DNA of 62,604 nt, filler included, from Choristocarpus tenellus KU-1152 (Eukaryota > Protista > Phaeophyceae), in NCBI GenBank assembly GCA_964200185.2. It is 10 parts of 10 records of this genome, joined end to end, with 100 filler letters (N's around TTAATTAATTAA, not from the genome) between each part and the next. Parts side by side here need not be neighbours in the genome. Positions count along the whole stretch, not along the records: positions 1 to 20,060 come from CAXNAD020000419.1; positions 20,161 to 23,925 come from CAXNAD020018064.1; 8 more parts are not named here. One strand, given 5' to 3'. Of the stretch, positions 11,797-23,925 are shown in pieces. The notes under the pieces are model-generated. The model was not told where the DNA came from. It saw only the letters and a program-made list of their open reading frames with translations, and made no database searches. Numbering within the stretch: the stretch's first letter is position 1; every line of letters begins with the position of its first letter. Made by a program: the position numbers and the translations under genes.

Positions 11797-14700
11797 TCAT
11801 TCATCAGGGATAAGGATACTCCCATCAGCAATGCCCTCCTGTTAGACAATATGCAACATTCACCAAAGAAATGAAAAAAGCAGGGAGGTAATGAGGAAGT
11901 ATTAGCACATTTGTGTTTATGAATGGTGTCATGATGAAGACATGTTTTCTATATGTTGCGTATACATGTAGGCCAGGTACATTCCGCCTTCAGACTTGGG
12001 GATATAGTCCGGGGCGGCCAAGACCGGTCGGGGGAACAGACGAACGAAGTTTAGCTCCCCTTGGATTGATATTGCCCTACAGGAACGGCCTCACTGTCTA
12101 CACTAGGGTGCAGCACCTATCTACTCCCTATCCAACAAGGTGGACTGGGAAGGAAGATGAGGTACACCCAAGTAGTGGAGGGGGTTATTAGGGCCTTGAA
12201 ACTTTGAAAAAAACTAGCTCCAACACCTAAGAGCAGGAATGTTTATCACATACAGCAAATAGCACGAAGAAAGGCCTGAAATTATTGCCACAGATCCAAC
12301 ACACTTTAAGCGCAGTACAGGAGGACAAGGAGTGGAAAAACACTGGAATGCACTAATATGAAAAATGGATCACCTTTAAAACAAATAGCTGAGTATCACA
12401 TGTATCCCTTCTGTGTGAAGGTGTAAGATTGGTAAATTTCTGCTTTTGTTATAGATTTTTTTTGCACCTGAATTTCACGGGGGCCCTGACCATTGACAGT
12501 GCATCCCACAGAGTTGCATGTGCCAAGCACCTCCTTGCAGGTACCAGCCAAGGTACGGGCCATGGACCGGGATCTCATAATACGCGAAATTTCAATTACG
12601 TTGTCCAGGGTGATGTTTCCATCGTGCTTGATGTGCTTAACCTGTTCACACACAAAAACAAAACAAACATTATACAACCCTGTCATAGATAAGTATTGAG
12701 GGAATAAAGACTGAAGAACAACTGATAGTAGTACATTATGTTGCCCCATTGAATCCAAAAAATTACATTTTCAGTCACAGCAGTGTGCACCCACAAAGAT
12801 TGAAAGATGAACACGAACTAGGCATGGTGGTATATCACACCTTGACGGATTAAGGGTTTCCCCAGTCTGCAGTTAACAAAAGATTCTGAGTAGCCTCTAG
12901 CCACGACCCAGTGACAGAATTTCAACAGTATCTACCTTAATTTTTCTGTCCACTGCTTACTACGGCAGACTAGATTTGCTTCAACATCAACGACCATGCA
13001 TGCAGAAGACATAGGGAAGATAAAAGCGAAAAATTTCAAGACTCGTAGGCAGGTCTGGTACAGCCGGTTTGCACAGTCTAAGGCTGTGCTCTGCAGCTTG
13101 GGCAACAACTTCAAGGGGATGCATTAGATGTAAGAAGATAGCCAGAGAGTAGTGTGCATGGATGGGTCCTTGGTGACAACTGAGATTGCCTTGCCAGAGG
13201 ATGTGGGGAAGTAGATGTGCAGATTCGACCTATTTGTTATTTTTTGCAAACGATAAATATGAATGCAATGGCAATTTCTGCATGTCTTCAATGGTTCAGG
13301 GTCTGGCATACTGCCCTGCTCATTTCATAATTTTTCTACCCTCCTCATAGTAAGCACACAGACTGCAAGTTGAAGGATCACAGTTACACACCACAATCAA
13401 GTCCAGAAGCTGCCTTATTATCTATAGCATGCAAGGCTATTGCACGACACACAAAGGATTCAATTGTAACACACCACTATTCACATCCTGCCTGACCAGA
13501 GTTTACCAGTTCCGAGTATTGAAGCATAGCCAAAGGCGATCAGAAGTATCGCCACTGCACTCCATACAATAAATCTTAATGTTTCACCTTTTTCCTGTCC
13601 CTTGGGGGCTCCTTGAGGGCCTTCAGAATCAGGGATGCTGCTGCAGGGATGACGGACACCGTTGCCTTTTGCATTAACCACGGGCAGGATAAGATGAGGT
13701 AGCATGGGTCAAGATTCTTGATATGAAAATTGTTTTGACGAAGAACTCGAATGACGCCGAGAATAGGTACTTGAATAAGAGGTGTCTTCACGATAAAATA
13801 ATAGCTTACACCGATGTAGGTATTGATGGACTAGTGTGGACACGTAGAAGAGTGGGAGTCACTGTATGTTTATGGCAGCAAGTCTTTTAATTACTCCCCT
13901 ATTGGATAGGTTCACAAACTTGTACAAAAATTCCTCACAAAGAACACAAACTAACAGACAAGTACCCGAGCAGAAGAGCAATTTTTTGTTCTATTTTAAT
14001 TGCACTAGGAATTTTTATCACACTGTTTACATCTAGGGCGTCATTAACAATGTTGAAAAGAGAGGTTTTCATTTTTCCCTAGAGGAATAGACCCCTGCAA
14101 TGCAGACAAGGAATTACCCACCCCCTCAATGCCATAGCCACACAATCCTGAAAGCAATCTTCCCTGAAAAACATAAAAAAGGATGTCAAAACAGAGGAGA
14201 AATTGGGACCGCAGCGGGCGGTACAAGACGAAGAAAAAATAATCGAAAGTGGCAATCCTATGTTGACACAATCGAATGAAGTGAAGTACCAATAAGAAAC
14301 CCGCTTTAAGTGAGGGCGACATACACCTCAACTAGAGTAATTTTGGCTCCCGTCTGATGTAAGGTCCAAGCGAATAAGAAAAAACGCAGGTGTCAGAACA
14401 GGACCGGCGGTTTTCGGTAGTACCCACCTGACGGTTGACGATGGTGAGCTTCACGGTAATAGGAAGTCCTTTCCAGTCCTGAGTGTTCTTCTGGATGTCC
14501 TCACCGATCTTCTTGGGGGAAAGACCCAGAGGACCAAGCTTGGGGGCCAGAGCGGCCGTGTTTCCTACCTCACCCCCGACCGCCCGCAAGATGACGACCT
14601 GCTCAACACCTATTATCAAGACGACAACGGTAACTTAGGTCTCAGACGAGGCTACCATGATTGTAGACACCCCTCCAAAGAGAACTATGACGTAGGTAAT

Positions 14701-14929
14701 ATGCCAGGCAATCTGTCACACTCAAACACCTCTTAGATCTATGCTTAGACTATTTTGGAGCAAAGAAAATAAAATACCATGGATGTTTAGAATCTATCAA
14801 AGATAGGACACGTCCTTCAATGTGCTCCATCCACATCAATAATTACTCCCTAAAATATTTTATCTCCATCCGTATCCAAGGTTAAATCGCAAAAATACCA
14901 TACTCACCAGCCGGCGGAGGGGGGCCCAT
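11797..14929 (-). CDS. RPL12: 60S ribosomal protein L12 (uL11)
   Basis: Five GT-AG exons: 14929-14908, 14609-14428, 13665-13588, 12641-12468, 11838-11797. Encodes [35 protein letters not shown] and [14 protein letters not shown]. Confidence 0.97.
11964..12175 (-). ncRNA. Candidate intronic H/ACA-like structured RNA
   Basis: In RPL12 intron 4, sense to the gene: long hairpin 12175-12098, hinge ACAGUG, branched domain closed by AGGCC/GGCCU, then ACA plus 3 nt. The H box is imperfect. Confidence 0.4.
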
Positions 14930-15115
14930 TGTTTATAGAGGATGGAACTTCCCGAAGGGGATGACGGATAGAGGTCTGGTATTGGGTTTGAGCTGTGAGT
15001 GTGAACCCACCATCCACCACCACCACTTCCATTCTCAAGAAGAATGCCAATCAATACTTGTTTAAACCCTTATTCAAACTCCTTCTGGTGTCACACCAAC
15101 CCATCATCGAAGACC
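14930..15115. promoter_or_regulatory. Putative bidirectional promoter between RPL12 and PNPase
   Basis: Divergent start codons separated by only 186 bp. Confidence 0.55.
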
Positions 15116-17913
15116 ATGCAACGGTGCTTGCGAGCATCTCGACATATCACACGTGCTTATAAATGCGGTAAGACCTCACAAGTGACACGGTCGTATGTGC
15201 TAGCAGGTCGGACGAGATCAGGTTGGTCTGAGGTAGAGTTCAAGCAGGACTGGACCGGTTGTGGCAAAGTTGGTGGGGTTGGATTATGGCAATATGCGTC
15301 TGCGATTAGGGAAGCATCAACAAATTCCAAGTCTAAGTCAGCTTCTAATTCCTCCTATCGTAGCTCTGGGATCGTCAGGGGCAAGAGAATGACGTTCAAG
15401 ACTGGCAAGGTGTGGGATAAGGGCATGTATCACCCTAGCCTTGCTAGCCTCACCCAGCCTCCTGCTTGCTCTCGAATGCTGATCTCTCTCCCTCTGTCTG
15501 TCCCTCTCTCTCTCTCTCTGGGTCATGTGGTCTGGAGAATTGGAACCAAGATATATGTCTTTTGACTTTATCGATGACCTCGATGTTGGGGCGTCGTCAT
15601 ACTTTTTTTTCGATGTTGCAGCACGATATCATTCGGTCAACCCTATCTCAACTGTATAGATGTAACCGTTCCATTGGTTCTGTCTATGCGTATGAAATTT
15701 CCTTTCTGTTAGATTGCTATGCTTGCAGATGGCGCGGTGATGGGTAGCCTAGGCGACACGGTGGTGCTTGCAACCGTTGTGAGCAATCGGGGAAAGGTGG
15801 ACGAGTCTGGTCTTCTTCCATTGCAAGTAGAGTACCGCGAAAAGGTAATGATATTTATGTGATGCTAGTAATCTGTTGAATGTGACCTAACACCTGCTTT
15901 GGCTCAGGAGGAGATGTTATATCGATGTAATGACAGTGAAAGGCTGGTAACACCTACAACGTGTTTGAGTACATCCACTACACATTGCCCTCATGTAGAG
16001 AAATGTGTATCCCAACACTACTACTGTTGGTGGTTAGTTGCAATGTGCCCATGTATAATTGCAGAATTTAATGCATTTTACTGTGAAACCAGTTGCTGCA
16101 TCTCTTGTATATGAGGATCGGCAACCTAGTTAAACCTGTTGCTTTGAAGTAATGATCCTCTCCGTGAAGTACTTGTGTCGCCTACACTCACCAAGCCCAT
16201 CATAGGTGAATGATGATGTTGGGCCATACCCCTGACTCGGTTTTTCAATTTCAACAAGTGTGGAGGGCATAATTTTCTGTAGTTGTCAAGCTGAGATTGC
16301 AGGCACATACCATGATTACGCCCTAGTCAGCCACTCTTCCTCCTCTTTTGCCACTTCACACCTGAATATTGCAGATGCACGCCTCAGGTAGGATCCCACG
16401 TACACATTATCGGCGTGAGGGTCAGCCCACAAACGCTGAGCTTCTGGCAGCCCGTGCGCTGGACAGGGTACTCCGCCCAATGTTTCCTCCTGGGTACTGC
16501 TATGATACTCAGGTAACTGCCATGGTAGCTAACTTTATTGGTTGGATCAACTCTTGAAAAAGATCATGGTGGTGTAGAAGGCAATATAGTTTGGCAGGTG
16601 TGACATGAAATGATAGGGTTAGGGTTAGGGAGATGTGTGTACATTACAGTGACATTTTACAACAGAGAGGTGGGCAGGTGCCCGGTGGGCAAGTAATGGA
16701 ATTAATGCCTTTATGGTATTCAAGTTTGAGGCTGTATTGATTCTCGAAATGGCCATGTTTAGTCTATATTTCACACAAGCACAAAGGGGCGGTCATTGCT
16801 TTTTGTGCATGTGTAGGGTTGTTGTGTTCTAAGTCTGTTCAACCCGATCAGGTTAAGGTGTTCTGTATCTTCAGGAAACTGAAGTACTCTAGTGCAAATT
16901 TCACTCACTCAGATAGTTCAACCAGCACTGTCCATTTGGTTTTGTATGGTACTGTGCATGACACTTTGCTGAGGGGTCCTTGTTCCTTAGGTTGTAACAT
17001 CTCAGATGGTTACTTGCAATACTTCACACTTAGGTTGTAACGTCTCAGATGGTTACTTGCAATACTTCACATGAAGAACCTCCCTGTGTGCTGTTGCCAT
17101 CTACAGTTCAGACTTTTCATGGCAGGCCACCAACCTAATGTGTCAGCATTCCCTACATGATGGTGAACTACCCCTGTGATACCTTCGAAGTGACAACACA
17201 TTACCACATTTTGCCAAGAAAAGAGCAAAATGAAGCACTTCCCCAACTGACCCAGTTCTCAAGAAAAAATATAATTCGTTGGGGTCAAGTGCATGCTTTG
17301 AAGCTAGGTATTTATGCAGTATTTGCCTTACGAAATGTTCGCACTGTCCAAATGTCATGCAAAGAGTCTGTTACGCAGATCAAGGTATCTTTTTCTTTCT
17401 CAGCAGGGTTGCCTTCAACAAGGAACAGTGGACATTAAACCCAAGCCCTTGCCCTAAGGCGCTTTGGTAGGGACAGTAACATTACTGCATCGGATCAGAC
17501 GCAGCGAAAAGCCACTGGTCTAAGATTGTTGGACATGCTAGGCTTGGGTCCCAGAGTAAGGGGAGGGGGGATGGGGGCAGTGGCAGTTTCTACCACCTTC
17601 ACTTGTTTTTGCAGGGCTTGAAGTGTATATAGGTCAGGGCATCTCATGGCAACTTGCTTGTCAGGCACAGTACAGTTAGTAAGTAGTGCAGTGATCGGGG
17701 CACTTGACATGTCCACAAACTGCTTGTGGCTCTGTTGTAACCTGGGGTAGCCCTTCCCAAGCTGGCAGAGGGAGGACAAAGGCCTTGAAGGGCTTTCACC
17801 TTTATTGTTTAAAACATGTTGTGAACTGGTTGCTGTTGTTGGTACGGCTCATACCGCTCATTCCAATCACACTATAGGTCTCCATCCAGAACATAATTCC
17901 TCTTCAATCGCAC

Positions 17914-17950
<37 letters not shown>

Positions 17951-19457
17951 ACCCCCGCCCCGCCCGAGCCGAAAAGAGGAAGGTTGTGGTGGGGCGGGGA
18001 TTTTCAAAGAAAAAAAGAAGAAGAAANNNNNNNNNNAAAAAAGAACCGCCCACGGGGTTTTTAGGGGGCCGGGGTTCAAGCGGTGGTTTTTCCCCTTCTC
18101 CCCCCCCCCCCCCCCCCCCCGCCCTGGCCCTTCTTGCCTGCTTCTGTCGTGATTGAAAGATAATTGTAACTGTTCAGGCGATAGACCCCAATGGCAAGGC
18201 AGACCCAGTGCTACTGGCAATCAACACAGCTTCTGCAGCATTACTTGTGTCAAATGTGCCCTGGGATGGCCCAGCGGGATGTGTTAGAATAGGTGTGTGC
18301 AAATACGCTTGCGTGCATTTTTTGTGCTTTTGTTGAAAGTTGGAGGAGGAAACATTGGTAAAATGTGTATTGGTTGGGGGGACAGGGGGAGGAGGGGAAC
18401 AGAGGCCAGACACACGATTCACTTCTTTGAGTCGACAAGAGCCTGGTTATCAAGCTAGCCGCTGTGGTTGGCAATGTGAATGTCATGCTTGAGACCCATA
18501 CTGGCCCAAGCATTGGATCTGGTAGGGATGGGTCTCCGGCATGTGCTCTGTGTAGGAAGGACTGGATAGTCAAGTAGAAACACCTTTGTAAACGGTTGGG
18601 TTCAAACTCTTGAATGATGTGACAAATGTGATCAATTGCCATTTTAATGGTGATTCGAGTGAGAAAAGGAGTGTTTGTGCCATCACTGTGGACTGCTTTT
18701 TGAGATCTATACCAGACCAAGGTGTAGGATGGGGGCTCAACCATGTAGATGCAGTGTCCCAACACAATACGAGGTAGTGAGGAGAAGATGCTTCAATAGC
18801 GTGCACAGGGCTTCAGGATCATTCCAAGCAACTGTGGCCTTAACATGAAGTGTAAGTCTGAAAACACACAGCCGTTTGCTTTTTATTTTTTTGAAGGGCA
18901 ATGTACGGCACACAGGGCGAAAAGGGAAAAAAAGACAACGACATTCAATCTGAGTAGAGAGTTTGTCGAGCGGTTTGTCAAGAAGCAGACAGGTGATGAG
19001 TATTGGTTGTTTTTGTCAAGAAGCAGACAGGTGATGAGTATTGGTTCTGTCGGACTCCCTCACGACAAACAAAATGATTAGTTTTTTCAATCCACCTACT
19101 CTTGAAGGGGGCAGGATATCACTAGAATGATGTGTTTACCTGGCCATCCTGATAGCATTAGTTCCCCGCACACAGCAACAATTCTAGTGTTTGAGACTAC
19201 CTCCTCCATCTCCCCTGTCCTTCAGTCCTTCCAACGTTGCACAATCCTTGACTCGGGCTGGTGATACAGGACGGGAAGATGGCAAGCTTGTTGTGAACCC
19301 GCCGCTTAGTGCGCTCTTGGGCGCTGACTGGAAGTCCGGGGGAGGCTTGGACCTCCTGTACGCCGGGAACAAGGACAGGACTTTAATGATTGAAATGGGA
19401 GGGGGTCCCGTGCCTGAGGGGGTGTTGACGGATGCGATTCAAATGGCTCACAAGAAG
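15116..19457 (+). CDS. PNPT1: Polyribonucleotide nucleotidyltransferase (PNPase), organellar, 5' part only
   Basis: Exons 15116-15409, 15713-15844, 16375-16512, 18160-18292, 19270-19457. RNase PH motifs TGKIAMLADGAV, LPLQVEYREK, GRIP..RREG, DRVLRPMFP, PWDGPAGCVRIG. Arg-rich N-terminal extension. Cut off by the contig end at 20060. Confidence 0.93.
16986..17071. repeat. Two-copy 43-bp tandem duplication (intronic)
   Basis: CTTAGGTTGTAAC.TCTCAGATGGTTACTTGCAATACTTCACA occurs twice. Confidence 0.9.
18974..19046. repeat. Two-copy 38-bp tandem duplication (intronic)
   Basis: TTTGTCAAGAAGCAGACAGGTGATGAGTATTGGTT occurs twice. Confidence 0.9.
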
Positions 19458-20060
19458 GCATGAGTGGTGCATTGATGTGATGATGTGTGAGGGGTTTTTT
19501 GTTTTGTTTTTTTGTTTTTTTCTGTGAGGGGAAAGGACATGTACACAAATAAGTGCCTCCTCAGTCCATACTTCGGTGTAGGGGCACGAGGGAAGGGGGT
19601 GCGTTTGATGGAGTGTCTTACACCAGAGGGGGTATGTGATGACTGCGTTTAGTGCACGAAGATTGTTTACGGAGTCAGTGTTGGTACAGGGGAGTCATTT
19701 ATCGCTCTTTTTGATGGAAACATCCGTGGGCCGATTTTGATTGGTATTTTGATTTTATTATTTTTAGCTTGTTGTGTGCTGCTTAAGTGTATGTTGGTGA
19801 AATGGAATTAAATTGAGTTAAATTCAATGTAACTACCTAGTTCGTTGTCGTCTGTGTTTTTGAGTTGATTGGAGTCCGTTGTAGTTACCCGGGTGGTCCT
19901 TCCCAACCCACACCCCTAAAATCCGTTAGTTTTTTTTTTTCTTGTCGTCTCTCTCGCTCAGTCTTTCTTGATGTTTTGATTGACGTTGGTGGGAAGCTCT
20001 AGAGCTGTGGTCTTGAGGCTACGACCACTCTGACCCCTTTGGCCAGCCGAATCATCACAT

Positions 20061-20160
20061 NNNNNNNNNNNNNNNNNNNNNNNNNNNNNNNNNNNNNNNN
20101 NNNNTTAATTAATTAANNNNNNNNNNNNNNNNNNNNNNNNNNNNNNNNNNNNNNNNNNNN
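20061..20160. other. Artificial contig linker (first of nine)
   Basis: N44-TTAATTAATTAA-N44, giving stops in all six frames. Identical linkers at 23926, 27950, 30650, 33629, 38110, 44210, 54419 and 58341, each 100 bp. Confidence 0.98.
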
Positions 20161-20713
20161 GGGTGGAACGGGAGGGGTTGCTGCCGGGGGGCGTGGAGCG
20201 GGCGGGGGGGGGCCGAGAGGTTACGGCAACAAGAGGTATTGTTTTTTATCTTTAGCTGCATATCAGGGGATGTGTTTCGACAGCCAGGCTAAAAAAAATA
20301 AATGGACAGTGTGGGTCTACTCCCCCCTTCCACCTCACCAAGGTACTAAGCTCCATGGTGGTGTGCTTTGTGTGCACTAGAGGGGTTACCAATGCCAAAT
20401 AGGGATAGATGCCTTTGCATAGGGGTAAGGTTAAGGGAACACAGCAGGTGTTCATACATACACATCCTGAAGGGTACAATCCTGGATGTGAAGATGTCAC
20501 TGATTTGTACCCCAGAGAAAAATCGAATTTTTTTCCTGAGACCTTTTTTTTTAATAGCAATAAATTCTTCGTAGAAAAAAATGCAATGATGCTCCAAGGA
20601 GTACACGTCTGTGCCTTGTGTTAGGAACCAAGCTTAAGTCAGGAACATATCTAAAGTATCTTGGCTGGAATAGGAACAACAGATGGATGGAGGTGCACGT
20701 AGGGGGTTCATTC

Positions 20714-23565
20714 TTACCCAAGTACCAGAGCTCGTACCTGAACTATCACCCAGCACTAAGGATCATAATTGTGATCACACTCATAACCACAGTCGCAATC
20801 CCAGCAATAGCAATTGTATTAGTAATAATAATAATAATAACACGAGCAACAACAGCAACAACAATAATAATAATAACAACACCATTATTAGCAAGAGCAA
20901 TAGCAATAGCAATAACAGCGATAATAGTATTACGTTGGTCCCTTCACACCATCACTCTTCTATCCCATTGCACCTCTTCCACCAGCTCAAGTTCAGCCAC
21001 CCTCTGCTGCAGCCGCCCAACTTCCCCTCCATCGCTCCTTGAGTCAGAATTTCCTCCCCTCCTCTGCAAGGTTGGCATCAGAGACTGCTGTGTGAGACAT
21101 GTACCAACAAAATTACTCCGACTGACTCCCAGGGTTTGGGGGTATTTCTTTCTACCCGATCCTTGATGCCTGCCTCTTCCTCTTCCCCCCTGTTTCCCTC
21201 TGCTTCCAGCCCTTCTCCTTCCCCCAGTATCTAACGTTGCCTTCAATGCCCTGCTATCACCAGTGCCCTTCCTGATACTTTTCTCAATTTCCCCACCACC
21301 ACACTCCCCTACTGAAAGTGGTTGTGAAGACCTTTGCTGCAGACCATCGCCTCCTACTCCACCCGCCACATCGGTTCTTACTTCATTTCCACTCTTGGTA
21401 CCATTTGATATCATCACAGTGACAGTACCACAGCGACTGATCGGGATCCCTGACTCTCCTCTAAAACAAGCCTCTTTGCTTTGTCCATGCACACAGTCTT
21501 GTCTGCCCTTGCCGTGTACCAATCCTCCATCGACCATCTTGCTCAGGTACGCGCTTTCATAATCCCTTGAGGTGTGCTCATCACCCCATGGTGTTGCCAG
21601 TCCTCCACCTATCCCTTCAATGTTCTCCTTCAGTGTATTACTGATGTTTGATGCTTTATTCATCACTTCGCCACACTGGGAGCTCCCTGCCCCGCCCCAG
21701 TATCCATTCAGGTCAGGCAAGCTTGTTCTACCTGTTGTGAAATCCCCATGGTTGAGGAAATTACTTCCACGGACACCCTTACCCATCACCTTTGTGTATG
21801 TAGCAGCCACTCTCTCTCTCATTTTTTCCTCTGTTGCTTCCCCTTCATAATCACTTCCACATTGGAGGAAGGATATATTATCCCTGAGCTCCATGGATTC
21901 CTGAGAATGTTGTGTAGAACAGCAGGTCTCAGTTTGGAGAACTGTAGTCCCCACCCTATCTTTGTCAGAGTGACCTGAAAACGGTTCCTTTCCACCGGTT
22001 TCTGAATGGAAACCCTGTTCCACTTCCTCGCCAGATATGTGCATACTGGCATGCACATGAAGGTCCTGAACACTCTCACAATTATACCCACTCCAACATT
22101 CTCCATGGACCATGTCACGATTAGTGCCACTGCTCCTCTGACTGTAGTGAACACTGGAGGAAGGTGGTTGTACAGCAAAGAAAATTTTGTTCGTATTCTG
22201 GTCCAATATGATTTCAGGTGTGATACAATCTGTTGGAACAGTGAATTTGGCACCGATCATGTCTTCTGCATGTTGAGCACTGGTCATTCTGGGGCAAATG
22301 ACCAGGGATTGAATATTTGGAGAATTTACCAAGCTGTCTGGGCTGACATCACCATTTTCTTTAACCCCACGGTAGATGTTGCACTTGGCCTCGTCCTTAC
22401 CTCTACTCTCGCTCATGCCGACATTTGTATCTCGAAGTTCAGAATGCTTTGCCAGAGAAGCAAAGCCTTCAAACGTTAGCACTTCATTTTCTGTGCAGCC
22501 TGCATACTCGAATATCGAATCTATCTCCGCCTCAGTGAGATGGACACTTAAGGTAGCCATACCTTCCCTCAACTCTATCCGTTCCACACCTATTGATTCT
22601 CCTTCCTTGCCTAAACCACTCCCACTTTTTTGTGTGAGTATCTCCTTTGGCCCAAGTTGTGCAAACAAGCCCTCAGCTGTTACACCCAACGCTATACCTT
22701 CATCAACAAGTTCCACAAAGATTCCTCTCAGCTCCTCGAGGCTACGAGGTGGATTTACCCAATTCTCGAAATGACGATAGTCGATGGGAGCACATGAGGA
22801 TCCCATAACCTTCCTGCACAACCTCTCAACAGCAACATCACTGGGACCGTTCGTGGCCCAACCTCCCCTATGGATGTCCCCAAGCGCCCTTCGAAAGTCC
22901 ACCGATCTTAGTAGCTTAGGCTCTCCAGTTGCACCCAAAGTGGAGAACACCGAGTGTAGTTCGAGGCAAGTCAGGCCAGTCTCCGGCTGAGCACGGAGCG
23001 CGAAGTTCTCACGCGCCGCCTTCTCAAGCCAATTCTCGTCTGGTACTAAGGGTGTGCATTTGACGGTATCTGCCAAATCGACCTTGTCCCATCCATGTCA
23101 GAGCACAAGTCAGCAAAAAAAAAATAGATTTCCATGATTTTCTCTCTTGAGGCCACCCATTTTTGGCATGGGTGTGAGGATAAATAGAAGAATGCAATAA
23201 TGGGCGTTCATTGAGCGTAAGTCGCCAGGGTAAGCTGCATAATGAGACAGAAAAACCTTAATTAAGTTTGGGACTATCACCATTGAAGAGTGCCATGACG
23301 ATAGCAATCGGAAAATAAGGGACTACAACGGAGTATACTCCAGACATGGAATTTGGACCTCGCTAGAGAGAGGATATGACTCCTCTCTGAAAAAGCTTCG
23401 CAAGTCACAATAGGGTGGACGGAATGCCCAAGACTAAGCTTGAGGAAGGTGCTTGGTCGTTGCAGCGAGGTGGAAGGATAGCCACGCATGCACCTTGTCC
23501 ACTGGAATCTTCACTGGCATCGTGGACCCATCCTCTCTCCTTGAAACATCATTGATGTCGCCCAT
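20714..23565 (-). CDS. Hypothetical protein (~735 aa) with a degenerate EF-hand-like region and low-complexity tail
   Basis: Exons 23565-23494, 23082-20974 and 20737-20714 join in frame. IELREGMATLSVHLTEAEIDSIFEYAGCTENEVLTFEGF resembles an EF-hand helix-loop-helix pair. Confidence 0.65.
20800..20930. repeat. Compound AAT/AAC/AGC microsatellite (intronic)
   Basis: Visible trinucleotide runs; they explain the spurious poly-I and poly-N ORFs here. Confidence 0.85.
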
Positions 23566-23904
23566 TTAGTTGATAGTGGACGAAGCAACAAGATACTAAC
23601 CTGGTTGTTGTTTGTGTGTTGTAGATATCTGTAGGTAACGTCATCAGTATGGTAGATCAGATCGTGCGTTGCTCGCGTGTAACAAGGTTGTTGAATAATG
23701 ACAGACGAAAAATGAAAAATGGAATCCCAGTGTAAAGATGAAAAGTCATACCAATAGACCAAACACACCCATTAAACCAATTGATCGCAAAATATGTAGT
23801 ACAGATTCACATCATCATTTGTTGAGATCGAGTGACCAACGAAGATGACACAAAATCGCACGGCATAAAGAGCTACTACCTGCGTCATCCTACAATATAG
23901 AAAT

Positions 23905-23925
23905 GACCCAAAGTATCTGGGGGGG
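23905..23925. mobile_element. MITE family B terminus at contig end
   Basis: GACCCAAAGTATCTGGGGGGG runs into the linker. Similar termini end at 24106, 28129 and 38249, and start at 44109, 54392 and 58505. Confidence 0.75.

Noticed and set aside
16613-16630. Telomere (TAGGGTTAGGGTTAGGG; also 1572-1584)
   Set aside because: Only 2-3 intronic units; not a chromosome end.
17914-18120. Poly-proline/poly-glycine ORFs
   Set aside because: Poly-C tracts around a 10-N gap in an intron; low-quality sequence.
19031-19152. C/D snoRNA in a PNPase intron (GTGATGA...CTGA)
   Set aside because: No terminal stem or recognisable guide, and the C box lies inside a local tandem duplication.
20105-20116. Recurrent TTAATTAATTAA palindrome
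   Set aside because: Always centred in N runs; it is a synthetic assembly linker.
20618-21166. ORFs with poly-I/T or poly-N tracts resembling membrane or prion-like proteins
   Set aside because: They are translations of an intronic microsatellite and of the antisense strand of a real exon.
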